A DNA stretch of 62,968 bases, the filler included, from Stramenopiles sp. TOSAG23-2 (lineage: Eukaryota): NCBI GenBank assembly GCA_900128395.1. It is 10 parts of 10 records of this genome, joined end to end, with 100 filler letters (N's around TTAATTAATTAA, not from the genome) between each part and the next. Parts side by side here need not be neighbours in the genome. Positions count along the whole stretch, not along the records: positions 1 to 9,428 come from LT650103.1; positions 9,529 to 18,942 come from LT650104.1; 8 more parts are not named here. One strand, written 5' to 3'. The translations under genes were made by a program, and so were the position numbers. The notes below the pieces were generated by a model that searched no databases, had not been told where the DNA came from, and saw only the letters and a program-made list of their open reading frames with translations. Of this stretch, positions 1-14,300 are shown one piece after another; the stretch's first letter is position 1; every line of letters starts with the position of its first letter.

Positions 1-290
1 ACAGTATGAGTAAATAAAATCTTTAACTTATAAATAAGAGAATTTTTTATATATAAATATAATAATATCATACTTCGTATGATATGCAAATATATATGAG
101 TAAGAGAAAAACACATATATCATATATATTATACATTATAAATGTATATCATACGAGTACGAAACATGATACGAAGGTACGCACTATGCATGTATATTTA
201 TACTCGTATATATATATATGATATATCTTAGATTTTAACCATCAAATATTGTAGAATAAAATAATATATTTATCTCTCATATTAATCCTG

Positions 291-3200
291 TTAATCCCAA
301 TCATCATCCTCGTATTCTTCGTCTTCATAATCATCATCGCCATAATCTTCGTCTTCGTCGCTAACATCGAGGGCTTCTTCTTCTATTATTTCCTGTTTTC
401 CAGTATTATTATTCTCTCCTGAAATTGCAGTCGCGACAGTTGGATTTTCAACATAATCCTCATTTTCAAAATTTCCATTTAATTGATCGTCTCTCTCTTC
501 CACTTCTTCCTCTACTTTATTTACGTCTCCTTTCTTCATATCTCCAAAAACAGTATCTACTATAGCTGCTTCCCCTTCTGGGTTAAATTGAACAATTTTC
601 CAACGTGTACCAGAATTGTTTACCCATTTTGCATTTGCAATGCATAATATTGTTGCTAATTGACCTTGTTGGTATACTTGAACTGTTGCTAAACTTGTTC
701 GAAATTCATTCGAGTCGACATCATCTTCCTCTCCATTTATTGATATTACTGATAATGCTTTAATTGAAGCAGTGGCACTATTGAAAGACAAGGTGTCGAC
801 ACATGTACCTCTCGATTCGGCGCTTTCAACAAGACGTGATCGTGCAAATGCACCATCTTTTTGACTATTGTTACTTTGTGTTATGTCTCCCTGTTCAATT
901 TTCCAGGTTGGTTGAAACTTACTCTTTCTGGACCATTGTAATACAAACGTTGTTACATAATTTTGATCTTTCTTCAGCACTGGTAAGCTAAGAGGTTTCA
1001 TGAAAGTTTTTGCAAAATCAATACTAGTGTTTGGACGATTTTCGCTCTCTTCTAGGTTGATAGATTGCATGGCTGTTTCTATTTCTTCGTACGCTTTATC
1101 ATATTCATTACGCAATCGAATATATTGTCCATAATTAGTTGGCAATCGAGTTCCTTGTTTTGGATTCTTTCCAAATGCCTCTTCGCACATTTCCAACGTT
1201 AATTCTGTTAACGTTCCGTCCTCGTTCATTAAAGCTGCAATTTCGTTACCCTTTTTCGCAAACCACCATACATGTTGCGCCTTTAATCCTTCATCATCTA
1301 AATCAATATCGCCTTGTTTTAAGACACGTAAGGTTGGAATTTCTGTTTTATTACTATTATATACAAACTCTGGTGCTTGCATTACGACAGCATCATCATC
1401 TTTATCATCTTTTGGCATTCTTGACGCTAATAAAGTTAACTCATCGTCTAATGATTTTAAACTTGTCTTAGTTGGAGGTGGAACAAACATACTAAACCGT
1501 GAAGTAAAGAAATTTGCTGATTCAATTTCAACACTATACAAGCCAGTTTTCCATTGACGTGCATCGCCAATTAATATACCACCATCGATGCCTACTCGTC
1601 CAGCCAAAATATGTTCCCCCTCTCCACCTCGACCTTTCCATATACGAAAACGAGCGTTTTGGACAGGTTTTTTCTCTGTTAAGTCTACCACATTTAAAGT
1701 ATATGCCAAAGGTAAGGAGACGGGAACTTCAAAGGGACTTCCTCGAATTTGCGACCATACCTCCCCATTATCGTCATCAGCATCAAATGCAACGTCTCTT
1801 TGCGAAGAAAGCATTTCTTCCATTGCGACGTTGTCTAGAAATTCTATCGCAATTTTTACATGCCGAGGATACGATCGATTGCTATGTGATAACGAACCTA
1901 GCAAAAATGGCAGTGTATATTTACATTCATACACACCATTTGCTACGTAGAATATACTCAGTGTTTCTTTTATTGGACTGATAACTGTCACTCGGAACTG
2001 GTCACCCCCTGTGGTTTTCTTGTTTCCAAAACGATCATGAACTTGAATTCTAAAAGCATTCACTTGCCCTCCAGCAAATGCGTATTTCAAACCGCTTAAA
2101 GATGGTCCTAAATTCTGTAGTGGCATGCAATACTTTGGATTTGTAGTGGTTGCTGAAAGAGTCGGTAAAAGTCCAATACCATCTGCAGCTTTTATTTGAC
2201 TCCCATAACAAGCAACACGAACCTGCAATTTTACAGTTGGATCAAAACGCATAACACGGAACATTATTATATAATTATATTTTGTTTTCTCCTCAACAAT
2301 ATATGTCACATCATCATTTGAAAACATTTTCTGTTCTTCGTGTACCGTAGAAAAAGGAACGATGCTTAAACTTATTTTATCGGTTAGTTCAGAGACTGGT
2401 ATGTACACTGGTATACTCAGCAACGTGCCAGCTTCTGGTGGTGTAGTAGAACATTTTACCGTATCAAAATATGAAGATTGTAATTCCAGCTTTGATATGC
2501 GCTTTGCTCTGACTGGGAATGGACTTTTTTTGATTGATAAAGTATTGGTTGAATTCTGTACCGAAATAAACATTTTTCCAGAGCAATCAGTCGGGATTTT
2601 CAATTTTACGTCATGTCTTCCATCACCACGATCCAAAACTTCGCCATTTATTGCATCAGTTTTATCATCATTTCCGTAATCACAAATTACGGAGAACATG
2701 TCACCTCCACGTCTGATTCGATTACCATATTGATCATGTGCAATAATCGTGAAGTTTGTTACCTCTTTTGTTAACAAAGTATAATTAAATGCCGGACCAT
2801 AAGCTATGCAATTTTCATAATCTACTCGACTTGGTAAAACTTTAATATTATATGGACTTCCGCATATATGTTGCTCGTTACAAAGAATGTTTAAAACATA
2901 TTCTCCGCTCCGGTCTGAGCTGTAAGAACAGATATATCGGCCTTCACCAGGTAATGGTTTTACGCTTGAAGTAACTTGCTTGTCAGAACTTTCATTTTCT
3001 GTTTTATCGAAAATTATGTTATCATTTACATTCTTACCCTGAAGAGAAATAGATATATTTTCTTCTCCAACAATTCTTAAATTGTCATATGCATCGCGCG
3101 TAATAATGGCGAAACAGGAAGTCTCCCCTGCAGTAATCATTAGCCTTGGCATATGAATGTTTCTTGCAACCTGCACTTTCAATCTAGCAGCAGCAGAACT

Positions 3201-6200
3201 ATCTTGCACAAACTTGACGCTATCAAATATAGTGTCAAATTGACCACAAAATGTTTTCCAAGTACGTGCGTCATCAAGATCTTCCATGGCAACGACATGT
3301 TTTGGGGAATCTAGTGGGGCGCGAATGTTTCTCTTTCCAGCCAGTTGTTCAAGTGTTGCACGTTGTTCGTATTCTGCGGCTTCCATATCATCTTCGCCTA
3401 TTGTGGATGGTGCAACTTGCACACTAAATGCTTGTGTTCCACCTTCTTGTGATAATTCTGGCATGTTCATCACTGTATAACCATCTTCTGCTAGTTTGGA
3501 ATTAGCATTGTTTATGACAGCATAGTATTCCCACGTATTCATAGTACAAAGATTGTTAAATTCTTCATTAGACCTTTCGACACTGAGCAAGACGTCCTCA
3601 TCGCTAATATGTATGCCCTTGGACCTTTTTACTTCTAAGGCTCGCGACACGATATCTTCTTTAGGTGCTGTCACATGTATGGTAACAAAAGCGTAACTAT
3701 CATATTTATCTCTAAGTCCTGTCACCCATTCTTTAATCCATTCGCTAGATCCAAGAGATGTAGAAAATGCTATACATTTTTTACAGGACATTGCTTCTTG
3801 GACTGCTACTTCTGCTATAAATCCAGCTTCTTTTGCAGTCTTTTTAACGACTAACATTTTTTTCGTAACATCTTGTAGTAGAACGTTTGTTTCTGGAATT
3901 TGCTGGATAATTTGTTGCGTATCGATCCATACAAAAGCATTTAACGGAAATCGTCCATATCGATTTAAAGATCTTAACGTATGCAATTTTCCAGCACCTA
4001 AGCCGCCTACAACTAATAGGAACATTGGCTTCGGAGTGGAAATTCCATTAAGAACCAAGTTATGAATAATTTGATCTTGCAATTGCTGTCTAGAACGCAT
4101 ATATATACCATGATATGCAATGTCAACCGCTGAACGTGCTTTTGCAAATGGTCCAAACCAGAATTTTTTATTCAAATTCTGCGTCTGTCCAGAAATTCCA
4201 GCTTTTAGAACGTCTTTGCGCGTAACACTAGCATATGCTTCAGAAGTATCAAGCTCTTTGTTGTACATAACTTCAGTGGTACCCGTCTCAGTAAGCCTCA
4301 TCAAAGTAGATGCTGCTGGATAGCATACTCCGGGTTTAACGATAATGGAAATGGAGTCTGTAGTGACTGGGCGTACTATACCCCAACGTCCAAGCCTTGT
4401 CGTCGTATATTCAGCTACAGTTACATCAACTACATATTTACCGACAGATTCTAAAATTAAAACTCCATGATATTGCCCAGTATCCATGCCATTTTTATCA
4501 TACATTGGTACTAATTGAATCGTTGGCTCCTGCATTTGCAAATTATCAACTCTACGGACTCGTATTTGAAAGAGGTTAGCATCATCTAAAAACTCTTTTC
4601 CTCTGCGATCATTACCAAATTTATCTCTAGATGCAATCACAACTCTCATAGCAGAACCAGCTTGGGATGCTAATGCAGAATCGTCTAATAACTGAATCGC
4701 GCTTAATGGTTGGTCATTTGCTACTTGTGTATCAGCTGTTACAATTCGAACGCGACATTTTTTTGAATCTATTGAACCTGGTTTTACATACACTTTATTT
4801 ATATTTGTCTCATTCGAGACAAACACGTCGCTCTCATTGCACTGCAACAGTAATCTATTCCATCCTGCTACTTTAGGCTCATATGAGCAAGAATACGTAC
4901 CATCATTATTATCTTTTATTTCGATGGCAACGGTGCCTTTTTCTTCAGAATTTACTTGAGAGTGGAGCAAAGATTCTGAAAACGGTTGCAGCATGCCAGT
5001 CACTTTATCCCCTCCACGTATCCGACGATTTCCAAATTCGTCGCAAACGTAAAAAGTAAATGATGCTTTTTTCGTCACTTCAGCCTTACGGCTTCCTTCT
5101 CCACTAATTAAACATCGTCTCGCATGTGCTTTACTGCCTAAAACAGTAAATGAAAATGGGCTTCCCTTAATGTGTATATTCTCTAATTTTACTGAAATTT
5201 CAAATTTTCCATTTCTTGCTGTAAAATATTTTATTTGAGCATCATTGTCATCGCTATCGTCGTATTCAAGTTCCAAAGAAGAAGGTCTTGAAAGAATACC
5301 ACTACTATCAGGAGGTGGAAATGATGATAGATTTAGCTTTTTCAAATCTAATCCAGGGACCTTATCTTTTCCATCATCATCAGGCTTCGATACATTAGGC
5401 AAAGGCAAAATAGATGCCGACATCATTCTTCGAATATTTCTATTTGAAAAATTCCTTTGTTTCTGTTTCGCTGTATTTTTTATCTTCACTATAATTGGAA
5501 TGCCTGTAAATCTATCAAAAGCTGGTAGTTGTTCGACGGAAATGCATTTCAACAAGGATGTTAAATTTTCATCATTGATTTGGGAAGATAAAATTTGTAC
5601 TTTGAAGGGACTTCCTTTGATATGCGTGTTGCTACTACTATCTACAATAGACACTTCTCCTTTGCCATTCATATGACTTTCAAGAGGAATTTTCACGTGG
5701 AAAACACCATTTCCAGCTGGGTTGATAATGCCATTGCAAGAAGTTGTAATTTCGGTTTTCAAATGCTCAGGTACTTGATATTCCCCAGTTTTGCTGACAT
5801 TGCCTGTTTCGTCTTCATCATCCGAAATGTACTCTGGAATTTCAATTCCAAAATTGTGTGTTGGTTTCAATTTTGGATAATATTTTACTGCAGGTGGTTT
5901 GTGCTTGTATGAAGCATCATACAACTTGAATAGCCAACTATCAGGAGCGGTTGTATCTTTGTAAGCTTGTGTTCCTTCTTCTACGGCAGTTGTTATAGCT
6001 TCGATTACACTTTTCGCAACGGAAAGATTTTGCCGATCCATTTCCCTGTCCACGTGTTTTTCAAAATGGGCATTTCTTTTCGCTTGAATCAAATCTTTAG
6101 CCTCTTGTATCTCTCGTTTTCGTGCTTTCTTCTTATTTTGTCGATCTTGTATGCTTTCAAGATTTCTTTGAAATCGAAGTTTATCATTTGCTATATCTTG

Positions 6201-9200
6201 TTCTCTTTTTTTAAAAGGGTCAATTTCCCACTCTAGGACATTGACACTACAATTAAAGGATAACGAGCAAGTTTCTCTCCTATTTCCATCCCGATCCTTT
6301 TCCAACAGCGTCCAAGAAGTTGTTGTATTGACGTACATCTTTAACTGCTGGTCTGTATTCACGAAGACGTCCATTTGTTCATTACTTTCCTCATTGTTCA
6401 TTGTGATCATTTCACACATTGATGCTTCCGCTTCATTAGCTTCGATATTACCATATAGAGGGCTTCCAACTATATGCTCTCCATCCAGGAGTAAATTTAA
6501 TATGTAATTACCAGCCTTTTTACTTCCATACGTGCAAACGTACGCTCCTGTTTCCACGTATTCAACATGACATTTTTCTTCGTGGCTTTCAGATGACGTC
6601 GCAGATGGCCAGATCATTGTGCACTTCAATTGCTCCCCTTCTCCTTTTCTATTTCGAAATCTATCACGAACAACCATTTTTAATGAATTTGTTTCTCCGC
6701 ACATCATTTCCATTGCATCTTCCTCGTTATTGCCTATTTTAATTACAGAAGATGTTTTACTTGATGAATAACTTGGCGTTACAAGTACACTTATAGGGCT
6801 CCCAAGAATATGATCATGGCCTTGCGTTACATGGACATTATAAAACGTTGCTCTTTGAGCAGTAAATCTCCCAACATACAATGATGGATTCGCAGGAACC
6901 TGCGTAACAAAACCATTGACAATTGTTCGTTTATCATATGAAATAAGTTTAATACTAAATGTTTCTGGGCCCTCTGTAATATTGCCGTACATGTCTCGGG
7001 CAAGTATGTTAAATACGAATTCCGTTCCTGCTTCTATAACTGTAGCTGCCTTTTCATTGGCCATTCTTAGCACATAGTCTTCTGCCATTGGCATTCGGTA
7101 TTGTTTTATTTGCTTCCAAACTGATGCTGTTAGTCGTGACAAATCGTTTTGCCATAGAGCAGATAAATTTATTTTAGTTACGATGCACTTTGATGAACAA
7201 ATAGATGCGGGGATTGTAGTGAAAGCTATTGGGGAACCTTGTATTTCCGTTCTTTCGCTATCAGATTTAAATGTCTTCTTGGATTTAAAATAAATTTTTG
7301 CCTCCCAATTTCCAGTTGACTTTACCATCGCTTTTGAAACATAAACTCCAGATCCTTGATATGCAATTTCACATTTTATTGGGGCATATTCGTTTTTATT
7401 TACATTTTCATTTCCATCCTCGTACTTTCTGTAAATCTCTATCTCGAAGCAATTTTCTTGATGAATACAGTTAAGCCTCGAAGAATCCATGCCAACAATT
7501 TTAATAGGTTTACGTTGACCGACCATAAAAGTATTTTCCTTGAATAATTTTTCTGCATATGATAGCTCTGCACAAGCAAATCCTGGATTAGACATCAATT
7601 TAACAGGGCTTCCCGCAATGTGTTGACCATTTAATAGGACTGCAACTAAACATGGTCCTTTGCGAAAAGGAACATTAAGCCGTCCTTTGTATATTGTGCG
7701 ATTTGCTGCATTTAAAAATACTCCATAGGTAGCTGAAGGGGTAATAACATTCTGTCGAAGTGGTGTTCTTGATTTTGCATTTTCTATATTCCATATATCA
7801 CTAACAATGTTTATCATGGCTTCTTGTTTGCATTCCATCGCAAATGTTTCCTGTGTATCAGTACAGAGTATATGATACAAAAAATCAAATCGAGGACAAT
7901 TAGATATTTCAACTCCATCTTTTGCAAATTTTATTGTTGATACTTCGATTTTTGCGTAGACTTTTGCTACAGTGTACTGCTCGTTAATTACTTTACCTCC
8001 TTGGTACACGCTTACAATTGACGTGTTTGTTTCTTTTTTCTCGTCTAGCAATTCATCATTAAAACCATTTTCCTCATCTGCACTAGCCAAAAACTTTTTT
8101 ATTGCTGCTGTACTTGAAAGTCCTTCTTTATAAGTTGTCATACCGCTAACACGCTGGCTGCTTAACCATGTATATTCAAAAAAATATCATCAACCGCATC
8201 TTTTTCAAAGTACAAATTCTTAGTGAAATTCACAGCATATTCAAACATCCGCTTTCTCCACATTTCATTGAATTTTTCTTGTATTTGTATTGTTGTCTTC
8301 ATATTTACACTTTCCCAGAAAAGAATATCTTTTCCTGTAGAGTCAGGACTGCTTGTAAAATTGATGCACCTGACTTGAAGACGATCTGCATCTTCATCCT
8401 CGTGTCTAGGATTGCCAAATTTATCAGAAATGTCAACATCAACATAAAATTCTTCTCCTGCTCTTACTTTAATTGTTTGATTTTGCTCAATTTCTAATCC
8501 ATTCGCGTTTCTCATTTTTGAGCGAGAAGCGACTGGTGCTCCGGCCTTTGCCCACATGGAATACGGTGAGCCTTCAATTTCGTCTCCATTGCATCTAACT
8601 TCTATTGAATAAAAGCCTGCTAATAAAGGTGCATATGTACATTTATAGGTGCCATCATGGTTGTCTACCACGAAAGCTAGGATTGCATTCACTTTAATTG
8701 GTTCATCTCTTTTTTTTTGCTTATCAATATCAACTCGAGTGATTCCATCATCATCAACCATCAGTTCGCTTTTCGGCCATGGTCCTTCAAGAACTACTTG
8801 GAAAACATCACGTCCACACCATCGTCTCTCCCCCGTGTCGTCGTATGCACGTATATCAAATGACGTCCGTTCTCCAACATAGCTTTGACTCAATCCGTCT
8901 CCAGTAATAACACATTTTTTTGGATCTGCTCGTGCCATATCAACTATCATACATTGCACGCCTGACCTGGGGGGGGGGTGCACCTGGTGCAAGCACTTGC
9001 GTCCATGTTGCTATTGTTTCTCTGCCACCACCCTCAATTCTTAAGACAAAAAAGTCATTTAACCAAGGGTGCGGCTCCGCACCCGGTAGTCTATTTGCTA
9101 TTGGTTCATTTGCTGGCGGTAATGTTCCTGGCTCTCCAGAGTATCCTCCAAACATTAAAATAGATTTATTATATACATTTGTCATAGTAGCTGATTCCCT

Positions 9201-9404
9201 TGGTCTTGGTAGCTTTCCTCTAACATCTACTGGGATCCATACCCAAGACTTAGTTTCTTCATCCTCTTGATTTTCCTCTTTTATTAATAAACATAGGTCG
9301 TTTAGATATTCCAAATCCACAATCAACATTTTTTGATGTGGGTTGTTGTTTCCTTTTTTCTTTTTCTTTCTTGTGTGTATTATATGTATTTGTATATATC
9401 TCAT
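291..9404 (-). CDS. Giant (~3000 aa reconstructed) Kelch-repeat / filamin Ig-repeat protein with an embedded degenerate zeta-toxin-like P-loop domain; split into three ORFs by two 1-nt homopolymer frameshifts; 5' end uncertain near contig edge
   Basis: ORF 8940..9404 has Kelch motifs (YLNDL, LPRPRESATMT..ILMFGGY, WLNDFFVL). ORFs 8162..8992 and 291..8141 have many filamin-type repeats (e.g. GDGLSQSYVGERTSFDIRAYD..DNHDGTYKCTYAP..GFYSIEV..IEGSPY; recurrent D.FGN and I.GSPF). Removing one G from G10 at 8969-8978 gives APPPRSGVQC. Adding one A to A7 at 8178-8184 gives DDIFFEYTWLSSQRVSGMTTY. Both edits join the ORFs. Confidence 0.8.
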
Positions 9405-9428
9405 AATTATATTATATACCTTCTTCTG

Positions 9429-9528
9429 NNNNNNNNNNNNNNNNNNNNNNNNNNNNNNNNNNNNNNNNNNNNTTAATTAATTAANNNNNNNNNNNNNNNN
9501 NNNNNNNNNNNNNNNNNNNNNNNNNNNN
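9429..9528. other. Artificial contig spacer (100 nt: N-run + TTAATTAATTAA + N-run). Same spacer at 18943-19042, 28445-28544, 37865-37964, 47282-47381, 56698-56797, 58266-58365, 59834-59933, 61402-61501
   Basis: Identical length and six-frame-stop linker at every gap; flanking contigs fall in length monotonically. Confidence 0.98.
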
Positions 9529-9978
9529 GAAAGATTATTTAGAAAGTAAAGGCGCTATGAAATCGCGTGGACAAATCTATATTACTGATAAATCTATGCT
9601 CACAAGAGCACCTAGAGCTTGAAATATTTAAGTTTTGTTTTGTTCCATTCATTTGAAGATTTGATATATCTATTTGGATGTGTACACGTATTATATTATA
9701 TATATATATATATTACGAGCGTATTACATAATAAAAAGTAGTCTTTGTCGCACATAATATATGATATATTTTGTTCTGTTTTTAATAATGCACTTTAACT
9801 TTTTATTTCATAAATCAACAAAGATTTTAGAAGCGGTGTTGAAAAATAAAAAAGGTTTTTCTTCTGAGTATATACGGTGTAAAATACAGTATCTGCTGGA
9901 AAAGCTTTTTTTTATAAAAAATTTAATATGTGTTTTGTTGTTTTATAAAAATTTTACTCGTACGACGTAAAAATATTT

Positions 9979-10698
<720 letters not shown>

Positions 10699-11319
10699 CT
10701 ATCTATTCTGATCACAAAACACACACAATACAGAGTCACACCACGTACGTTATAGATGTATATATTATTATATATCCGTATCTCCATAACATTGTCCACT
10801 TTTCTATATTCATATAAATATATATATATATATTCTGGATCAATCTATTCAATTTAAATTAAAATGTACAAAAACAACAACAATTTACTTAGTTGTATAC
10901 AGTAACAAGTATAAAATCATCCTATTTTAACTTCATACTAAGTATATACTAAAAACCATATTTTATCTATCAAATAATATTACGAGTTTTTACGAATTTT
11001 CGATCTACGCAAAGTTTTTGTTTCCCAGATGATTTGTACTTAAACCTGGCGTGGCGGTAGTAGTCTGCCCCTATCATGGGTGTTGGCCTAATGGTATGTC
11101 CATGTAATAAAATATTCTTAAAAGATAAAAAAAACACATCAACACCATACAACATAAACATGTACGTTATGGTTTTTGGCAACAACATCTTATATATATT
11201 TATTAAAATCGATGGGGTGTGTGCTATAGCTGCTCTGTATATGTGAAATATGAAAGAGAGAGAGAGAGAGTATAACAAAGTGCAAAACCCATCAGGTCGA
11301 TTTGAAAGATAGGAGAAAG

Positions 11320-14300
11320 ATGGCGGAGAATAGAGTGACATTTGAAAACGACGAGGAAAAAGAAGACGATGATTTATTGGATGATTCCGACTTAGAATCA
11401 TCTTCATCAGATGAAGAATCTAGTGATGACGAAGAGACCAAAGATAGAAAGGCACGGAAAATGGCATTATGGGAAAGGCCAACTGAAGTTTTTGAAACAT
11501 TAAATTGTGGTGGTTTTACTGTACAATATAAGACATATATGTTGGAAGAACCTCCTTCATATTTTCATAATTTGAAACCAGAGTATCAAATGTTTAGTCT
11601 ACGTAGTCGTGTCATCAAATATAGGGAAGAAGTCTTAGAAAGAATGTTAGGACATTTAGAAGATAAATTAGGTTTTAGAGAGCAAGAAATGGAAGGGTTA
11701 GATACACAAGCAGTTATTGCTGGCGACCCAGCAAAGAAATTATATGTCGTACAAACGGATATTTTCCATTCTGATTATGAAATTACATATTTTCCTGGAA
11801 AATGTTGGCGAGAGGAAGTATGGTTAGAAAAAAATGCAAATAAAAAAAGTTTTCCACAAGCGTTAGAACTTGAAAAAGCACGTGCACTTATATTGAAACG
11901 TGTATTAGCATTACGTAAAGAAGTACAAAAAGCCCGAGATGAATTAAGTACAATAGGGCAATTTGCTGGAGATTCAGCAGCCATTCCAATTCAAAAAGTA
12001 TTTCGTGGATATTTAGGACGTTTAAAAGTTGTTGAAAAACGACGTACATTTTTTCGCGATCGTCAAATTAGAATGGCTGGTAAAATACAACGTGTTTGGC
12101 GTGGTTACATCGTTCGTAAACGATATTTTGAGAAATTTTTACAAGCACAAGATCAAAAGCGACAGGTTTCATCTGTAGAAATTCAACGCATTTTTCGTGG
12201 TTGGTTAGCACGGCAATTATTTATAAAATTAGAAGCTGAATTTAGAGCGCGACGTGAACATAATAAAGCTATCAAAATACAAGCATGGTTTCGTGGTACA
12301 CGCGGAAGAAAAATCGCAAATATTAAACGAAAAGTTGCTGTAAAAGAAGAAGTGAAAGAGGATTATTTAGAATCTACGATCCAAATCCAACGATTCATAC
12401 GTGGTTGGCTTGGGCGAAAAAAAGTAGTTGCTCGTAAAGTTGAAGTTAAATTAAATAAACGTGTAAAAAAATTAGCATATGACTATATAAGCAAAGGGAG
12501 TTTTTGGGAATTTCTTGGTGCCGTGAACAATGATTATCAGCGATATAATGATCAAAGGCAACGAGAGGAAGATTTAGCAGCCACATTTATCAATCAAGTG
12601 TTAAAGCGAAGGGAGGAGGAACAACAAGCTGCATGGGATTCATGGAATAATCAAAAGAAACAAACCACTAGGCGTGGCAAAGATGCAATAGAAAGAAAGA
12701 ATAAGAAAATTACTACAGCATTTTTAGGTACATCCGATGATGATTTCTTTAAAAAGACGATGGAATGGGCAAATAAGAAAGCCGGCAAAAATAAAACAAG
12801 ACGCCGTCGCCGAACATTGGAACAAGGTTCGAAAGTACAATTGCAACCTTTACTATCAACAACCATGACATGGGATAATTCTGTATTGGGTAATAGAATG
12901 AACAATGGAAATAGTACTAACTTTAATACCAATGGTAATAATAATAACTCGCAAATTATGATGAATAGTCCAAATATGGGAAATATGACAAGTTTGAGCC
13001 AATCATCCATACCAGGTCCTGGCTTTGTAACACCAGAAGCAAGTGCCGTTGTTGTTGGCGGTGTATCTATTCCTGCCGGTTTCAACCTAGGAGAAGTATC
13101 ATCTGCGAAACCTTATAGTATTGGAGGGATGCGGGGCCCAGGTTTAACTACACCAAATAGTGGTTCAAGTGTACTAGAAGGGGAAGATGGTGAAATGAAC
13201 CCAGCAATATATGCCCCATTGACAAGTGCATTAGAACAAGAAAGTAGTATATTTGAAGGTGCAACTAAAGGTGATTTCGAACGCTTTCCAGCTCATGTTT
13301 TAACACGCGATATTACAAATGCAGATGATGATATTGATCGCTTGTTGCTCCATGCAGCATTACGCACGTACATACCACCAACATCGAAAGCAATGACAGG
13401 ACTGGACGCGTTCGAAGAATTTTTAAGATTACCACCTGGGTTAATGAAAGTAAAACGTGAAGCAGAGGCTGCTAGATATGCAAATACATACAAAAAAATA
13501 TTAAAATACAATGGATTTAAAACAATACGGATGTTGAAAAGATGCAGCGCAACGCAGATGACAGCATTAGGAATACCAGCTGCATTGGCACAAATGCTTG
13601 GACGTTTAATGCGACAATTATTTCGTTCTTGGAAAAATACGGATCCGACATATTTAGAAAAATTAAGCGTAGGGGGTGAAGGTAATAATATTTTTTTAGA
13701 TCGTAGTAGCCAAGTTGAAAAATATGAGGTCCCAGATGATTTGAACAAAATAGATGATAGCAGTGCATATTTACAAACGGATGACGCATTGTTTACGATG
13801 GATGAAAGTAAAATATTACCAGGCAACAACAATGAAGGAGTTATTAAAATGGGTGATGGTAGGGAATTACAAGATTTATGGCCATATGGTAACGATGCGG
13901 TAGAAATGAAAATTGCAGGTGCAAATACTAGTGGTTTTGAATCAGCGACCCTCTTGGCTTCTGCTCCTGCAAATCGTGAAAGTTTATCAAGACAATTAAG
14001 ACCAGAAACAGCTCAAACTATTGATTATGGAGGTGAATCACGTCCGTCTACAGCAATGTCTTCCGTAAGTCGTCCTGGCACAAGAGGCACATTTGGTAGT
14101 CGTGGAAGCATGGTAAGACCATCTACTGGTAATATTCGAGATTTAAAAACTCGAGAATCGCTGCAAAGTGGCGGTAATGCTTCAAGTAGCGGTATATTGC
14201 GACCAACAAGTAGTGGCGGCATATTGCGCCCGACAACACCTGGAATTCTTAGGACGTCTACCCGTGGTAGCATGACTAATTCCAGTGAGCAAGGAGGAGA

